Assembly (NCBI GenBank): GCA_026985095.1
Contig: JALSQW010000012.1
Coordinates: 51,810 to 115,809 of the forward strand
Direction of reading: 5' to 3'
DNA: 64,000 bases
From: Acidimicrobiia bacterium
GTDB lineage: Bacteria > Actinomycetota > Acidimicrobiia > Spongiisociales > UBA5794
Below are positions 27,700 to 37,854 of the stretch, piece after piece. Positions within the stretch are counted from its first letter, which is position 1. Each line of letters opens with the position of its first letter. The position numbers and the translations under genes were made by a program. Below the pieces are notes generated by a model, which was not told the DNA's origin, did not search any database, and saw nothing but the letters and a program-made list of their open reading frames with translations.

Positions 27700-28758
27700 G
27701 TGTACCTCACCGCCCCCGAGGATCTCGGGTCGATCCTCGGAGACCAACCCGCGTACCGCACCGATCAGGTCCGGAACTGGCTGTACCGCACGCCCGTGCT
27801 CTCGATCGCCGACATGACCAACCTGCCCGCCGAGCTCCGGCGCCGGCTCGCCGACCGCCACTGGCCCTTCCATCTCGAGATCGAGCAGACCGCAGACGCC
27901 CACACCACCCGCAAGTGGCTCTTCCGCACCCCCGACGGCGCCGCCATCGAGACCGTGTTGATGGGGTACCCGAAGCGGACCACCGTCTGCATCTCCTCGC
28001 AGGTGGGATGCGCCATGGGATGCACCTTCTGCGCCACCGGACAGTACGGCTTCGATCGGCACCTGGAAGCCGGAGAGATCGTCGCCCAGGTTGCCTACGC
28101 CAACGCCGCCCTCCGCAGCTCCCCCATCGCGGGATCACCCGACCACGTGACCAACGTCGTGTTCATGGGCATGGGCGAGCCCCTGGCCAACTACGACCGG
28201 GTCCGCGAATCGCTCCGCCGCCTCATCGAGACGATGGGGATCTCGGCCCGTTCGATCACCGTCTCGACCGTCGGCGTGGCCCCGGGGATCCGCCGTCTCG
28301 CCGCGGAGCCCTGGCCCGTCAATCTCGCCATCAGCCTCCATGCCGCCGACGACGCATCCCGTTCGGAGATCGTGCCGCTCAACCGCCGCTACCCGATCGA
28401 CGACCTCGTCACCGCGGCGAGGGAGTTCTTCGCCGCCAAGGGGCGGCGGGTGTCCATCGAGTGGACCCTCATCGCCGGCAAGAACGACTCGGAGGGTGAC
28501 GCCGCCGCCCTGGCCGGCATCGCCGAACGGATGCGGGCCCATGTCAACGTGATCCCGCTCAACCCGACCCCGCTGGGCGAGGATCGACCTCCGGATCGCT
28601 CTCGTGTCACCCGGTTCGTGCGCACCCTCCGCGATGCCGGGATCACCGCCACCGAACGCGACACCCGAGGCCGCGACATCGACGCCGCGTGCGGTCAGCT
28701 CCGCCTCCGCTCCGCCCGCCGCACGGAGCTGCCCGAGCGCGTCGTCTCACCGCGGTAA
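27700..28758 (+). CDS. rlmN: 23S rRNA/tRNA (adenine-C2)-methyltransferase RlmN (radical SAM)
   Basis: In the frame of track ORF 27616-28758, with a GTG at 27700 just after the upstream stop. ..YRTDQVRNWLY.. and the radical-SAM motif SSQVGCAMGCTFCATG. Confidence 0.9.
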   Translation: MYLTAPEDLGSILGDQPAYRTDQVRNWLYRTPVLSIADMTNLPAELRRRLADRHWPFHLEIEQTADAHTTRKWLFRTPDGAAIETVLMGYPKRTTVCISSQVGCAMGCTFCATGQYGFDRHLEAGEIVAQVAYANAALRSSPIAGSPDHVTNVVFMGMGEPLANYDRVRESLRRLIETMGISARSITVSTVGVAPGIRRLAAEPWPVNLAISLHAADDASRSEIVPLNRRYPIDDLVTAAREFFAAKGRRVSIEWTLIAGKNDSEGDAAALAGIAERMRAHVNVIPLNPTPLGEDRPPDRSRVTRFVRTLRDAGITATERDTRGRDIDAACGQLRLRSARRTELPERVVSPR

Positions 28759-28791
28759 CGTGACGGCGATCGACCGGAGAGGAACGATACG

Positions 28792-29262
28792 ATGCGACTC
28801 GAACCAGGGGACGCCGCACCCCCGTTCACCCTGACCGACGACCGCGGACGCCAGGTCTCCCTCGCCGACTTCGCCGGCAGGAACGTCCTCATCTACTTCT
28901 ACCCGAAGGCCTTCACACCCGGATGCACGACCGAGGCGATCGACTTCTCCGAACGGTATCCCGAGCTGTCTCGAGAAGGCTACGAGGTGATCGCGATCAG
29001 TCCCGACGATCCCGAACGCCTCGCCCGTTTCAAGCAGGAGCACGGACTGCCGTTCGTCCTCCTGTCCGACCCCGACCATGTCGTCGCCGAGACCTACGGT
29101 GCGTGGGGAACGAAGAAGAACTACGGACGCGAGTACGAAGGGATCATCCGCTCGACGTTCGCCGTCGACGCCGACGGCACGATCATCGACGCCTGGTACA
29201 ACGTGCGGGCGAAGGGCCATGTGGCTCGCGTCGCCCGGGAACTCGACGTGGAGTCGACGTGA
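28792..29262 (+). CDS. bcp: Thiol peroxidase Bcp (peroxiredoxin)
   Basis: ORF track, 156 aa. ..YFYPKAFTPGCTTEA.. peroxidatic Cys motif. Confidence 0.9.
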   Translation: MRLEPGDAAPPFTLTDDRGRQVSLADFAGRNVLIYFYPKAFTPGCTTEAIDFSERYPELSREGYEVIAISPDDPERLARFKQEHGLPFVLLSDPDHVVAETYGAWGTKKNYGREYEGIIRSTFAVDADGTIIDAWYNVRAKGHVARVARELDVEST

Positions 29263-30131
29263 GCGCGATCCGCACCGCGGTGTTCCCGGTCGGTGGCCTC
29301 GGAACCCGGTTCCTGCCCGCGACCAAGGCACTGCCCAAGGAGATGTTGCCGGTCGTCGACAAACCCCTGATCCAGTACGCGGTCGACGAGGCTCGCGCCG
29401 CCGGCATCGAGCAGTTCGTCTTCGTGACCGGTCGCGGGAAGCTGGCGATCGAGGATCACTTCGACCGCAACCACGAACTCGAAACGACCCTCGCGGACAA
29501 GGGCAAGGACGATCTGCTCCGCTCCATCACCGACGACCTGCTCGACCCCGGCACCGCCGCGTACGTGCGCCAGACCGAGCCCCTCGGACTCGGCCACGCC
29601 GTGTGGTGCGCCCGCCATCTCATCGGGAACGCACCGTTCGCCGTTCTCCTCGCCGACGACCTGATCCACGGTGACGGGCCATGCCTCGCCGATCTGATCG
29701 CCGCCCACGCCCGCACCGGCGGTTCGGCCATCTCCGTGATGGAGGTCGACGCCGACGAGACCAGCCGATACGGGATCATCGAACCCGGCGACCGCACCGA
29801 CGCCGGCATCGAGGTGCTCGGCATGGTCGAGAAACCCGCCCCCGAGGAGGCCCCGTCGAACCTGGCGATCGTCGGGCGCTACGTGCTGCTCCCCGAGGTC
29901 ATGGGTCTCCTGGGAAGCCAGGACACCGGCGCCGGCGGTGAGATCCAACTCACCGACGCGCTGCGCGGGCTCATCGGGGTCGGGCCGTTCCATGCCGTTC
30001 CCGTCCGCGGCACCCGCTACGACTGCGGCACCAAGCTCGGGTTCCTCGAGGCGAACGTCGCGCTCGCCTTGTCCCGTCGCGACCTCGGTGGCGACCCCCG
30101 CCAGGCGCTCCATGCGATCCTCGAGGCCTGA
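29259..30131 (+). CDS. galU: UTP--glucose-1-phosphate uridylyltransferase
   Basis: In the frame of track ORF 28923-30131. The GTG at 29259 overlaps the bcp stop (GTGA). AVFPVGGLGTRFLPATKALPKEMLPV. Confidence 0.9.
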   Translation: MSAIRTAVFPVGGLGTRFLPATKALPKEMLPVVDKPLIQYAVDEARAAGIEQFVFVTGRGKLAIEDHFDRNHELETTLADKGKDDLLRSITDDLLDPGTAAYVRQTEPLGLGHAVWCARHLIGNAPFAVLLADDLIHGDGPCLADLIAAHARTGGSAISVMEVDADETSRYGIIEPGDRTDAGIEVLGMVEKPAPEEAPSNLAIVGRYVLLPEVMGLLGSQDTGAGGEIQLTDALRGLIGVGPFHAVPVRGTRYDCGTKLGFLEANVALALSRRDLGGDPRQALHAILEA

Positions 30132-30201
30132 TCCGGCGGACGTCCGGGTCGCGCCCGAGGCATGAGAGAATCGATCCGAACGACTCACGAAGGGACCTGC
30201 C

Positions 30202-31290
30202 ATGTTGAGCAAGCTCGAAGCGCTCCTCGAAGCCGGACAGTCCGTCTGGCTCGACTACATCCGGCGGGACCTGCTCGGCTCCGGAGAGCTCCGAGGCCTC
30301 GTCGACGACGGCGTCCGTGGCCTCACCTCCAACCCCACCATCTTCCAGAAGGCCATCGCCGGGACCGACCTGTACGACGACGAGATCCGGCACCACTCCG
30401 GTGAACCACCCGAGCGGATCTTCGAGGCGCTCGCCGTCGCCGACATCCGTGCCGCCGCCGACGTCCTCGCCGACGTCCATCGCGAGTCGAACGGGCGGGA
30501 CGGCTTCGTGTCGCTGGAGGTGTCTCCCCTCCTCGCCGACGACGCCGAACGAACGATCGCCGAGGCACGGCGCCTGTGGGGTCTCGTCGACCGCCCCAAC
30601 GTGATGATCAAGGTCCCGGCCACCGATGCCGGCGTCGTCGCGCTGGAGCGACTGATCGCCGAGGGGATCAACGTCAACGCCACCCTCATGTTCTCGCTGG
30701 CCCACTACGAGGCGATCGCCGGCGCCTACATCCGGGGGGTCGAGCAGGCTGCGGATCCGTCCGCGGTCGCTTCCGTGGCCTCGTTCTTCGTCAGCCGGGT
30801 CGACACGAAGACCGATGCCGCCCTGGAGAAGGTCGGCACGCCCGAGGCCTTGGCCCTGCGAGGCACCATCGCGGTCGCCAACGCCAAGGTCACGTACCGG
30901 CGCTACCGAGAGCTGTTCGAAGATCGGCCGTTCGCCATCGCCGCCCGCCGCGGGGCGACCCCGCAGCGGCCGCTGTGGGCGAGCACCTCCACCAAGAACC
31001 CGGCCTATCGGGACGTGCTGTACGTCGAGTCGCTCATCGGGCCGAACACGGTGAACACGCTCCCCCCGACGACGCTCGACGCCTTCATCGACCACGGCGA
31101 GGTCATCCCGAACGCCCTCATGGTCGGCGTCGACGACGCCGAGGGACGACTCGCCGCACTGACCGACCTCGGCATCGACTTCGACGAGATCACCCAGCAG
31201 CTCCAGATCGAAGGGGTGGCGGCCTTCGCGGCGTCGTTCGACGAGCTCCTCCGGGCGATCTCGGACAAGCAGGCGCGACTCGTCCGATGA
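30202..31290 (+). CDS. tal: Transaldolase
   Basis: ORF track, 362 aa. ..SVWLDYIRRDLL.. and ..MIKVPAT.. active-site Lys region. Confidence 0.9.
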   Translation: MLSKLEALLEAGQSVWLDYIRRDLLGSGELRGLVDDGVRGLTSNPTIFQKAIAGTDLYDDEIRHHSGEPPERIFEALAVADIRAAADVLADVHRESNGRDGFVSLEVSPLLADDAERTIAEARRLWGLVDRPNVMIKVPATDAGVVALERLIAEGINVNATLMFSLAHYEAIAGAYIRGVEQAADPSAVASVASFFVSRVDTKTDAALEKVGTPEALALRGTIAVANAKVTYRRYRELFEDRPFAIAARRGATPQRPLWASTSTKNPAYRDVLYVESLIGPNTVNTLPPTTLDAFIDHGEVIPNALMVGVDDAEGRLAALTDLGIDFDEITQQLQIEGVAAFAASFDELLRAISDKQARLVR

Positions 31291-32879
31291 CGGCCTCGCT
31301 GGAGATCGAGCCGGGACGAGCCGCCGGCGCCGTCTCCCGACGATTGGCCCGTTGGGGCTCGGAACGTTTCGCCCACCGGCTGTGGGCGAAGGACCCGACC
31401 CTGTGGTTCGCCGATCCTCGGCCCGAGATCGTCGATCGCCTCGGCTGGCTCGAGCTCCCCGACCCTGCCAAGGTCGCGGCGATCGAGGCGTTCGCGGCAA
31501 CGATCGTCGCCGGGGAGATCGACCACGTCGTGCTCCTGGGGATGGGGGGATCCAGCCTCGCCCCGCAGGTCTACGGTGCGGTGTTCGGCGAACGCCCGGG
31601 CCATCCCCACCTCGTCGTCCTCGACAGCACCCACCCCGATGCCGTCGCCGCCGTCGACGAGCGCGTCGATCCCGGCCGGGCCCTCTTCATCGTGGCATCC
31701 AAGAGCGGTACGACCCTCGAGACGATGTCGTTCTTCCGGTTCTTCTGGGCACGGGTCGCCGAACGGACCGACGACCCCGGAAGTCGCTTCGTGGCGATCA
31801 CGGACCCCGGTACGCCGCTGGATTCGCTCGCCGTCGAACGGGCGTTCCGAGCCATCTTCCATGCTCCTGACGACGTCGGAGGACGGTACTCCGCGCTCAC
31901 CGACTTCGGGCTCGTTCCGGCGGCCCTGACCGGGGTCGAGATCCGCTCCGTCCTCGACCGGGCCGCCGAAGCGATGGACGCCTGCGCCCCCGGGGTCCCG
32001 GTCGACGAGAACCCCGCGCTCGTTCTCGGCGCCACCCTGGGTGAGCTGGCGGCGAGCGGAACCGACAAGCTCGTGTTCCTGTTCGACCCGCCGTTCGGTG
32101 AGGTGCCCGACTGGACCGAACAGCTCATCGCCGAATCTCTGGGGAAGGACGGGAGGGGCATCGTCCCGGTCCCCCACCCGGCCCGTCCCGCCCCGTGGGC
32201 CGATCGCTGGGTGATGACCTCGTCGGATCAGACGATCGACGACCTCCCCCGGGCCCGACTGACCTTGGAGGACCCCGCCGATCTCGGTGCCGCCTTCTTC
32301 CTCCTCGAACTCGCCGTCGCCGCCGCCGGGTCCGTCCTCGGCGTCCATCCCTTCGACCAACCCGACGTGCAAGCAGCCAAGGAGTTCGCCAGGACCGCCA
32401 TGGGATCGACCGCGGAGCTCGACGTGGAACGCATGTCCCTCGGCGACCCCGCCGTGGCGTCTGCCGTCGCCGCGGTACTCGGCGATCTCACCCCGCCCCG
32501 GTACCTGGCGATGCAGGCCTATCTGGCTCCCACCACGGTCACGACCGAACAGCTCGACGCGATCCGGGGGGACATCGAGGCAGCGACCACGGTGGTCTCG
32601 ACCCTCGGATACGGCCCCCGCTTCCTCCACTCCACCGGCCAACTCCACAAGGGCGGGCCCGATACCGGGGTCTTCCTCCAGATCGTCGACCGTCCCCGGA
32701 GACGGCTCGACGTGCCCGGCACCGACTTCTCCTTCCAACAGCTCATCGCGGCGCAAGCCGCGGGCGACCAGGCGGCCCTCCGCCAGCGGGGACGGACCGT
32801 GCTGATGATCGACATCGGGGAGACGGAGCCGTCGAGCCTGTCGCGGCTACGCCTCACGGTCGGAACGGCGATGCGATGA
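31287..32879 (+). CDS. pgi: Glucose-6-phosphate isomerase (the type found fused or adjacent to transaldolase)
   Basis: In the frame of track ORF 30576-32879. The ATG at 31287 overlaps the tal stop (ATGA). ..LLGMGGSSLAP.. and ..VASKSGTTLET.. SIS-domain motifs. Confidence 0.85.
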   Translation: MTASLEIEPGRAAGAVSRRLARWGSERFAHRLWAKDPTLWFADPRPEIVDRLGWLELPDPAKVAAIEAFAATIVAGEIDHVVLLGMGGSSLAPQVYGAVFGERPGHPHLVVLDSTHPDAVAAVDERVDPGRALFIVASKSGTTLETMSFFRFFWARVAERTDDPGSRFVAITDPGTPLDSLAVERAFRAIFHAPDDVGGRYSALTDFGLVPAALTGVEIRSVLDRAAEAMDACAPGVPVDENPALVLGATLGELAASGTDKLVFLFDPPFGEVPDWTEQLIAESLGKDGRGIVPVPHPARPAPWADRWVMTSSDQTIDDLPRARLTLEDPADLGAAFFLLELAVAAAGSVLGVHPFDQPDVQAAKEFARTAMGSTAELDVERMSLGDPAVASAVAAVLGDLTPPRYLAMQAYLAPTTVTTEQLDAIRGDIEAATTVVSTLGYGPRFLHSTGQLHKGGPDTGVFLQIVDRPRRRLDVPGTDFSFQQLIAAQAAGDQAALRQRGRTVLMIDIGETEPSSLSRLRLTVGTAMR

Positions 32880-34270
32880 GCGGACCCATCGATCCGCATC
32901 TCTTCGTCATCTTCGGCGGGACCGGCAACCTGGCCCGGACCAAGCTCCTCCCTGCCCTCCATGCGCTGCTGTACGGCGAAGGACTGGCCGACCGGGTGAT
33001 CGTGCTCGGCGTCGGGATGGGTGCCCGCTCGGACGACCAGTACCGCACGATGGCCCGCGATGCGGTGATCGCGGCGGGCGGCGACCCGGAGACGGCTGCG
33101 GCATGGTGCTCCGAACGGGTCCACTACCGGGCCGTCGGCGACGATCCCCGGCTCGTGGGGCTCCGCGAGTCGATCCACCACATCGAGCAGGCCCACGGCC
33201 TGTCCGGCAACCGGATCTTGTACCTCGCGCTGCCGCCGTCGGCCGTCGCCCCGACGGTCACCGCCATCGGCGACAACGACCTCGCGACAGGCCCCGGATG
33301 GCAACGTCTCGTCATCGAGAAGCCCTTCGGCCACGACCTGGCCACCGCCATCGAGCTCAATGCCACCGTTCACCGCTACTTCGACGAGTCCGACGTCTAC
33401 CGCATCGACCACTACCTGGGCAAGGAGACGGTCCGGAACCTCCTCGTGTTCCGCTTCGCCAACGCGCTGTTCGAACGGACCTGGAACCGGGACCACATCG
33501 AGTCGGTGACGATCACGATGGCCGAGACCGAAGGCGTCGACGACCGGGCCCGCTACTACGACGAGTCGGGTGCGGTCCGCGACATGGTGCAGAACCATCT
33601 CGCCCAGGTCCTCACCCTGGTGGCGATGGAACCACCCACGGGTCTCGGTTCCGAGGACATTCGCAACGAGAAGGTGAAGGTCCTGCGGGCCATGCCCGAA
33701 GTGGCGCCCTCCGAAGCCGTCTTCGGCCAGTACGGGCCCGGCACGATCGACGGCGACGACGTCGCCGGGTACCTGGAACTGGCAGGGGTGACGGAGGGAT
33801 CGACGACCCCCACGTTCGTGTCCCTGACCGCTCACGTGGACAACTGGCGCTGGCAGGGGGTTCCCTTCACGCTGACCACGGGCAAACGGCTCCCCGAACG
33901 TCGCTCGCGGATCGAGGTCCGCTACCGACGTCCGCCGGTGTGCCTCTTCCACGAGGACTGCCCGGGTCACCAGAACCTGCTGTTCGTGACGCTCCAACCC
34001 GAGGAGGGCTTCGATCTGTTCTTCGACGTCAAACGGCCCGGAGACGCCGTGGAGCTCGACCGCATCCCCCTCAGCGTTCGGTACGCCCAACGCTTCGGAG
34101 AGCTGCCGGATGCCTACGAGACCTTGCTCAGGGACGTGATGGAGGGCGACCAGTCCCTCTTCGTACGAGCCGACGAGGTCGAAGAGTCGTGGCGGGTGTT
34201 CGCTCGCGTCCTGGACGCCAGCGAGCTCGTCACGTACCCGGCAGGCTCGCCCGGTCCGGTCCCTTGCTGA
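32876..34270 (+). CDS. zwf: Glucose-6-phosphate 1-dehydrogenase
   Basis: In the frame of track ORF 32195-34270. The ATG at 32876 overlaps the pgi stop (ATGA). FGGTGNLARTKLLPAL, RIDHYLGKE, EKPFG. Confidence 0.93.
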   Translation: MSGPIDPHLFVIFGGTGNLARTKLLPALHALLYGEGLADRVIVLGVGMGARSDDQYRTMARDAVIAAGGDPETAAAWCSERVHYRAVGDDPRLVGLRESIHHIEQAHGLSGNRILYLALPPSAVAPTVTAIGDNDLATGPGWQRLVIEKPFGHDLATAIELNATVHRYFDESDVYRIDHYLGKETVRNLLVFRFANALFERTWNRDHIESVTITMAETEGVDDRARYYDESGAVRDMVQNHLAQVLTLVAMEPPTGLGSEDIRNEKVKVLRAMPEVAPSEAVFGQYGPGTIDGDDVAGYLELAGVTEGSTTPTFVSLTAHVDNWRWQGVPFTLTTGKRLPERRSRIEVRYRRPPVCLFHEDCPGHQNLLFVTLQPEEGFDLFFDVKRPGDAVELDRIPLSVRYAQRFGELPDAYETLLRDVMEGDQSLFVRADEVEESWRVFARVLDASELVTYPAGSPGPVPC

Positions 34271-37097
34271 GGGACCTGCCGGCCGTCGGCGGATCCGGAG
34301 CTTCGATGGGGACCTCCACCATCGTCCTCGCCGAGGCGGGCAGCGACAACTCGAAGACCGACCCGCCGTCGTAGCGGTAGCGGAGGGCCCCACCCATCAA
34401 CTCGGCGAGCGTCCGGGACACGGTCAGTCCCAGCCCCACGGATCCGGGTTGGCCCGTGTGGTCGTGCGCCCGCTCGTACGGGGCGAAGATCACGTCGCGC
34501 CGATCGTCGGGGATACCGGGACCGTCGTCCCGCACCAGGATCGCCACCGCCTCGCCGCGGTCCTCACAGGCGATCTCGATCGTGGGACCGCCGTAGCGGA
34601 TGGCGTTGGTGATCAGGTTGCGGAGGATCTGCCGCATCCGGACCGGGTCGGCCCGGAGCCGGCCGGTGAACGGTTCGACGACGATGCGCTTGGTCGCGCC
34701 GCGTCCGAGCGACGCGACCACCGCCTCGATCTCGGCCGCGACGTCGAGATCCGTCGGATGCACCGACACCTTCCCGATGTCGGCTCGGGCGGCGACGAGG
34801 AGATCCTCGATGAGATCGGCGAGGTCCATGCTCTGTTCGGCTAGGAGCCGAGTGAACTCGGCCATCTCGTCATCCTGGAACTCGCGCCAGCGGTCCCGCA
34901 TCTCGTGAGCCATGCCGGTCACGACCGTCAACGGCGTCCGCAGCTCGTGACTCACCGAGGCGATGAACTCGTCCTTGGAGCGCACCAGCTCCTCGAGCCG
35001 CTCCCGAGAGCGACTGCGATCGATCGCCGCGGCGAGCACGTTGGCCGTGGCGACGATGAAGTTGAGGTCGTCCGAGGAGAACACCCGCTCGGTGGTCGAG
35101 AACGCCCAGATCGCGCCGAAGGGCCGGTCGACGCCCGGCACCATGACGCTCACTCCGCTGCGGTATCCAGCCTCGCCGAGCTCGGGAACGGCGAAACGAA
35201 CCTCCTCGGCGCTCCGCAACACGATCGGACCAGGGGTACCCACGGTCCGGCTGACGAGCGACCGGGTCAAGAGCCTCGCTCCCGGTGGCCATCCGACACC
35301 GGCCCGCATCACGAACGAGCCGCTCCTGCGGAGCTCATGCAACGCGGTGGTCTCGACGTCGAGCATCGAACCGAGGGTGGCCATCGCCCGTTCGAAGACC
35401 TGGTCGAGATCGACGCCCTCGAGGGCGTACTGACCGAGCGCGGCGACGGACTCCTGCTGCATGGCCCGCATCCGGAGCTCGGCTTCGACCCTCCTTCGTG
35501 CGGTGATGTCGACCAGGGCCCCCTCGAAGAACGTGCCCTCGTCGGTCTCGACGAGGCGTGAGGAGTCCGACACCCATACCGTGGAGCCGTCGAGGCGGAT
35601 CAGCTCCTCCTCGGCGCCGTCGACCAGCCCTTCGTCCATGACCCTGCTGGTGAGACGTTCCCGTTCCCCATCCCGGACGTAGAAGTCGTGGGCGTCGAGA
35701 CCGACCACGTTCGCGTCGTCGTCACCGCCGATCAGCTCCCGCAGGGCGGCGTTGGCCTCCATGATCTCGCCGTCGGGCCGGGTCCGGTACAACGCCACGG
35801 GGATCCGCTCGAACAGCGACCGGTAGCGACGCTCGCTGTCTTCGAGGGCCTCCTGAACCGCGAGCCGCTCGGTGATGTCGTGGACCAGAGCGAAGAAGCG
35901 GCTCGGTCGACCGTCGGACCCCGCCAGGACGGCGACGTCGAGCACGCACCGCCGTCGGGAACCGTCGGAACGGATGATGCCGACGTCGGCCGAGAAGGTG
36001 TCTTGTCGTCCTTCCATCGCCGCCCACCCGAACTCGAGCACCAGGCGGTGACTGTCGGGATCGACGACCTCGGTCCAGCGGGTCCCGATCAACTCGGCCC
36101 GCGGCCGCCCGACCAGGTCGGCGAAGGCCTCATTGACGTCGCTCATGACCAGGTCCGCCTCCGTCATGACGAAGGGGGTCGCGGCTCTCGTGAACGCCGA
36201 CCGGAACCGGTGCTCGGCCTCACGCAGCGCCTCCTCGGCGCGGGCTCGTTCGGTCACGTCGGTGAACACGGCCTGGACGACGACGTCGCGCCCGCGGTGC
36301 AGCACCGTCAAGGTCACCTCGAGGACCGCGGGGCGTCCCGATCCGGCGTTCCGCTCGATCCGCTGCAGAGACGTCCGCTGGCGGTCCGACGCCACGAGGT
36401 CGTGGTACCCGGCGACGACCTCGGTGGGGAACCGCTCGTCGATCGGCCCGTCGAGAGCGCCGAGCAGGCGATTCGCTTCGGGGTTGGCGTACTCGATGGC
36501 GCCGTTGCGGATCTGGACGACACCCACGGGGGCCACTTCGAGCAGGGCCTCGAACCGCGTTCGGCTCTCGGTGAGCGCGGCGTGATTGCGGCGAACGAGA
36601 TCCATCAACACCGCCGATCCCGCCACGAGCACGCCGATGGCGAAGACCCGCACGACGACCTCGATGATCCCCGCCCCTTCGTCCCCCGCGAGCCTGCCCG
36701 TGACGAGCGGCACGAGTCGCGCCAGCTCGAGGACGATCGCCAAGCCCACGATCCGGGCGGCCGTCCGACGACCGAGCAACATGACCGCCAAGGAGGAGGA
36801 ACCGGCGACCAGCACCAACGTGAGCTCTGAGGCGACGGCATGGCCGACGGCGTAGGCCACGACGAGGTCGATGGTCAGCACCAGCGGGAGCGCTCGGAGG
36901 GACCCGAGGCGCGGCACCATCACCGGCAGCACCGCCAGCGTCGAGAGCGCCACCGCGCCGGCGACGCCGATCCGGGGGGACACCGACGGCGAGACCATCA
37001 CCGCGAAGGCGAGGGCCAGGTAGACGCCCGCTCGGACGATCATGATCGTTCGATCGGATACGGCGCCGTGCAGATGTCTGGTGGGTGCCGGTGCCAT
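34230..37097 (-). CDS. Multi-sensor histidine kinase (TM region, several PAS domains, GAF-like domain, HisKA, HATPase_c)
   Basis: ORF track, 955 aa. H-box FIASVSHELRTPL, N-box ILRNLITNAIRY, G-boxes DDGPGI / GSVGLGLTV. Its 3' end overlaps the zwf 3' end by 41 nt (convergent). No response regulator lies adjacent. Confidence 0.88.
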   Translation of the reverse strand: MAPAPTRHLHGAVSDRTIMIVRAGVYLALAFAVMVSPSVSPRIGVAGAVALSTLAVLPVMVPRLGSLRALPLVLTIDLVVAYAVGHAVASELTLVLVAGSSSLAVMLLGRRTAARIVGLAIVLELARLVPLVTGRLAGDEGAGIIEVVVRVFAIGVLVAGSAVLMDLVRRNHAALTESRTRFEALLEVAPVGVVQIRNGAIEYANPEANRLLGALDGPIDERFPTEVVAGYHDLVASDRQRTSLQRIERNAGSGRPAVLEVTLTVLHRGRDVVVQAVFTDVTERARAEEALREAEHRFRSAFTRAATPFVMTEADLVMSDVNEAFADLVGRPRAELIGTRWTEVVDPDSHRLVLEFGWAAMEGRQDTFSADVGIIRSDGSRRRCVLDVAVLAGSDGRPSRFFALVHDITERLAVQEALEDSERRYRSLFERIPVALYRTRPDGEIMEANAALRELIGGDDDANVVGLDAHDFYVRDGERERLTSRVMDEGLVDGAEEELIRLDGSTVWVSDSSRLVETDEGTFFEGALVDITARRRVEAELRMRAMQQESVAALGQYALEGVDLDQVFERAMATLGSMLDVETTALHELRRSGSFVMRAGVGWPPGARLLTRSLVSRTVGTPGPIVLRSAEEVRFAVPELGEAGYRSGVSVMVPGVDRPFGAIWAFSTTERVFSSDDLNFIVATANVLAAAIDRSRSRERLEELVRSKDEFIASVSHELRTPLTVVTGMAHEMRDRWREFQDDEMAEFTRLLAEQSMDLADLIEDLLVAARADIGKVSVHPTDLDVAAEIEAVVASLGRGATKRIVVEPFTGRLRADPVRMRQILRNLITNAIRYGGPTIEIACEDRGEAVAILVRDDGPGIPDDRRDVIFAPYERAHDHTGQPGSVGLGLTVSRTLAELMGGALRYRYDGGSVFELSLPASARTMVEVPIEAPDPPTAGRSLSKGPDRASLPGT

Positions 37098-37145
37098 CCG
37101 ACTGGATATCGGCAGGTCGCCTCCCGACCTTGACCGGCACGGCGG

Positions 37146-37484
37146 TCAGTCCCGGCCGCGGTAGATCCGCACTTGGACCCGTTCGACGGTGACCATGCCC
37201 TCGGTGACCATACGGTCGACGGCCGGGAGGACCCCCTCGATCTTGTCGGCGACGTCGACGCATTCGATCACCATCGGCAGGTCCTCGGACATGCGGAGGA
37301 GATGGGCCGTGTGCACGACGGACGACCGGCCGAACCCGGCGACGCCCCGCAGCACGGTGGCCCCAGCGAGACCCTCGGTCCGGAGCAGGTCGAGGATCGC
37401 CTCGTAGAGGGGGCGGCCGCCGCTGCGATCGCTCTCCCCCACGAAGATGCGCAGGAGCAGGCCTTCCTGTGTCTGGTTCATCAC
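37146..37484 (-). CDS. DUF190 (PII-like) domain protein
   Basis: ORF track, 112 aa. ..LLRIFVGESDR..GRPLYEAI..LRTEGLAGATVLRGVAGFG.. is typical of the DUF190 proteins linked to crcB. Confidence 0.8.
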   Translation of the reverse strand: MMNQTQEGLLLRIFVGESDRSGGRPLYEAILDLLRTEGLAGATVLRGVAGFGRSSVVHTAHLLRMSEDLPMVIECVDVADKIEGVLPAVDRMVTEGMVTVERVQVRIYRGRD

Positions 37485-37494
37485 CGTTCCCTTC

Positions 37495-37854
37495 TCATGC
37501 CACGCGGGTTGCGACGGTCACGCCCACCACGAACGCGATCGTACCCACCACTGCGGTCACGGCGAGGTTGATCGCTCCCCGCCGGGTTCCGACCCCTCCG
37601 TCGGCCACGAGCCCGACCGTCTCGACCATCCACGTCGAGAACGTCGTGAACCCCCCCACGAACCCTGCTGCGAGGACGTCGCGGGCGGTGCCGTCGGCCC
37701 GGGCGACGACCACGCCGAGCACGAACGCCCCAAGCACGTTCACCGACAGCGTCCCCCACGGGAACGCCGAGCTCGCACGCCGCTGCACGACACCCGACAG
37801 CCAGTAGCGGGCGACCCCGCCGAGCCCACCGGCGACCACGATCGCGGGCCACAT
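37495..37854 (-). CDS. crcB: Fluoride channel CrcB/FEX (subunit 2)
   Basis: C-terminal 119 aa of track ORF 37495-39909, starting MWPAIVVAGGLGGVARYW..FPWGTLSVNVLGAFVLG..GFVGGFTTFSTW. The rest of that track ORF is antisense junk. Confidence 0.88.
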   Translation of the reverse strand: MWPAIVVAGGLGGVARYWLSGVVQRRASSAFPWGTLSVNVLGAFVLGVVVARADGTARDVLAAGFVGGFTTFSTWMVETVGLVADGGVGTRRGAINLAVTAVVGTIAFVVGVTVATRVA

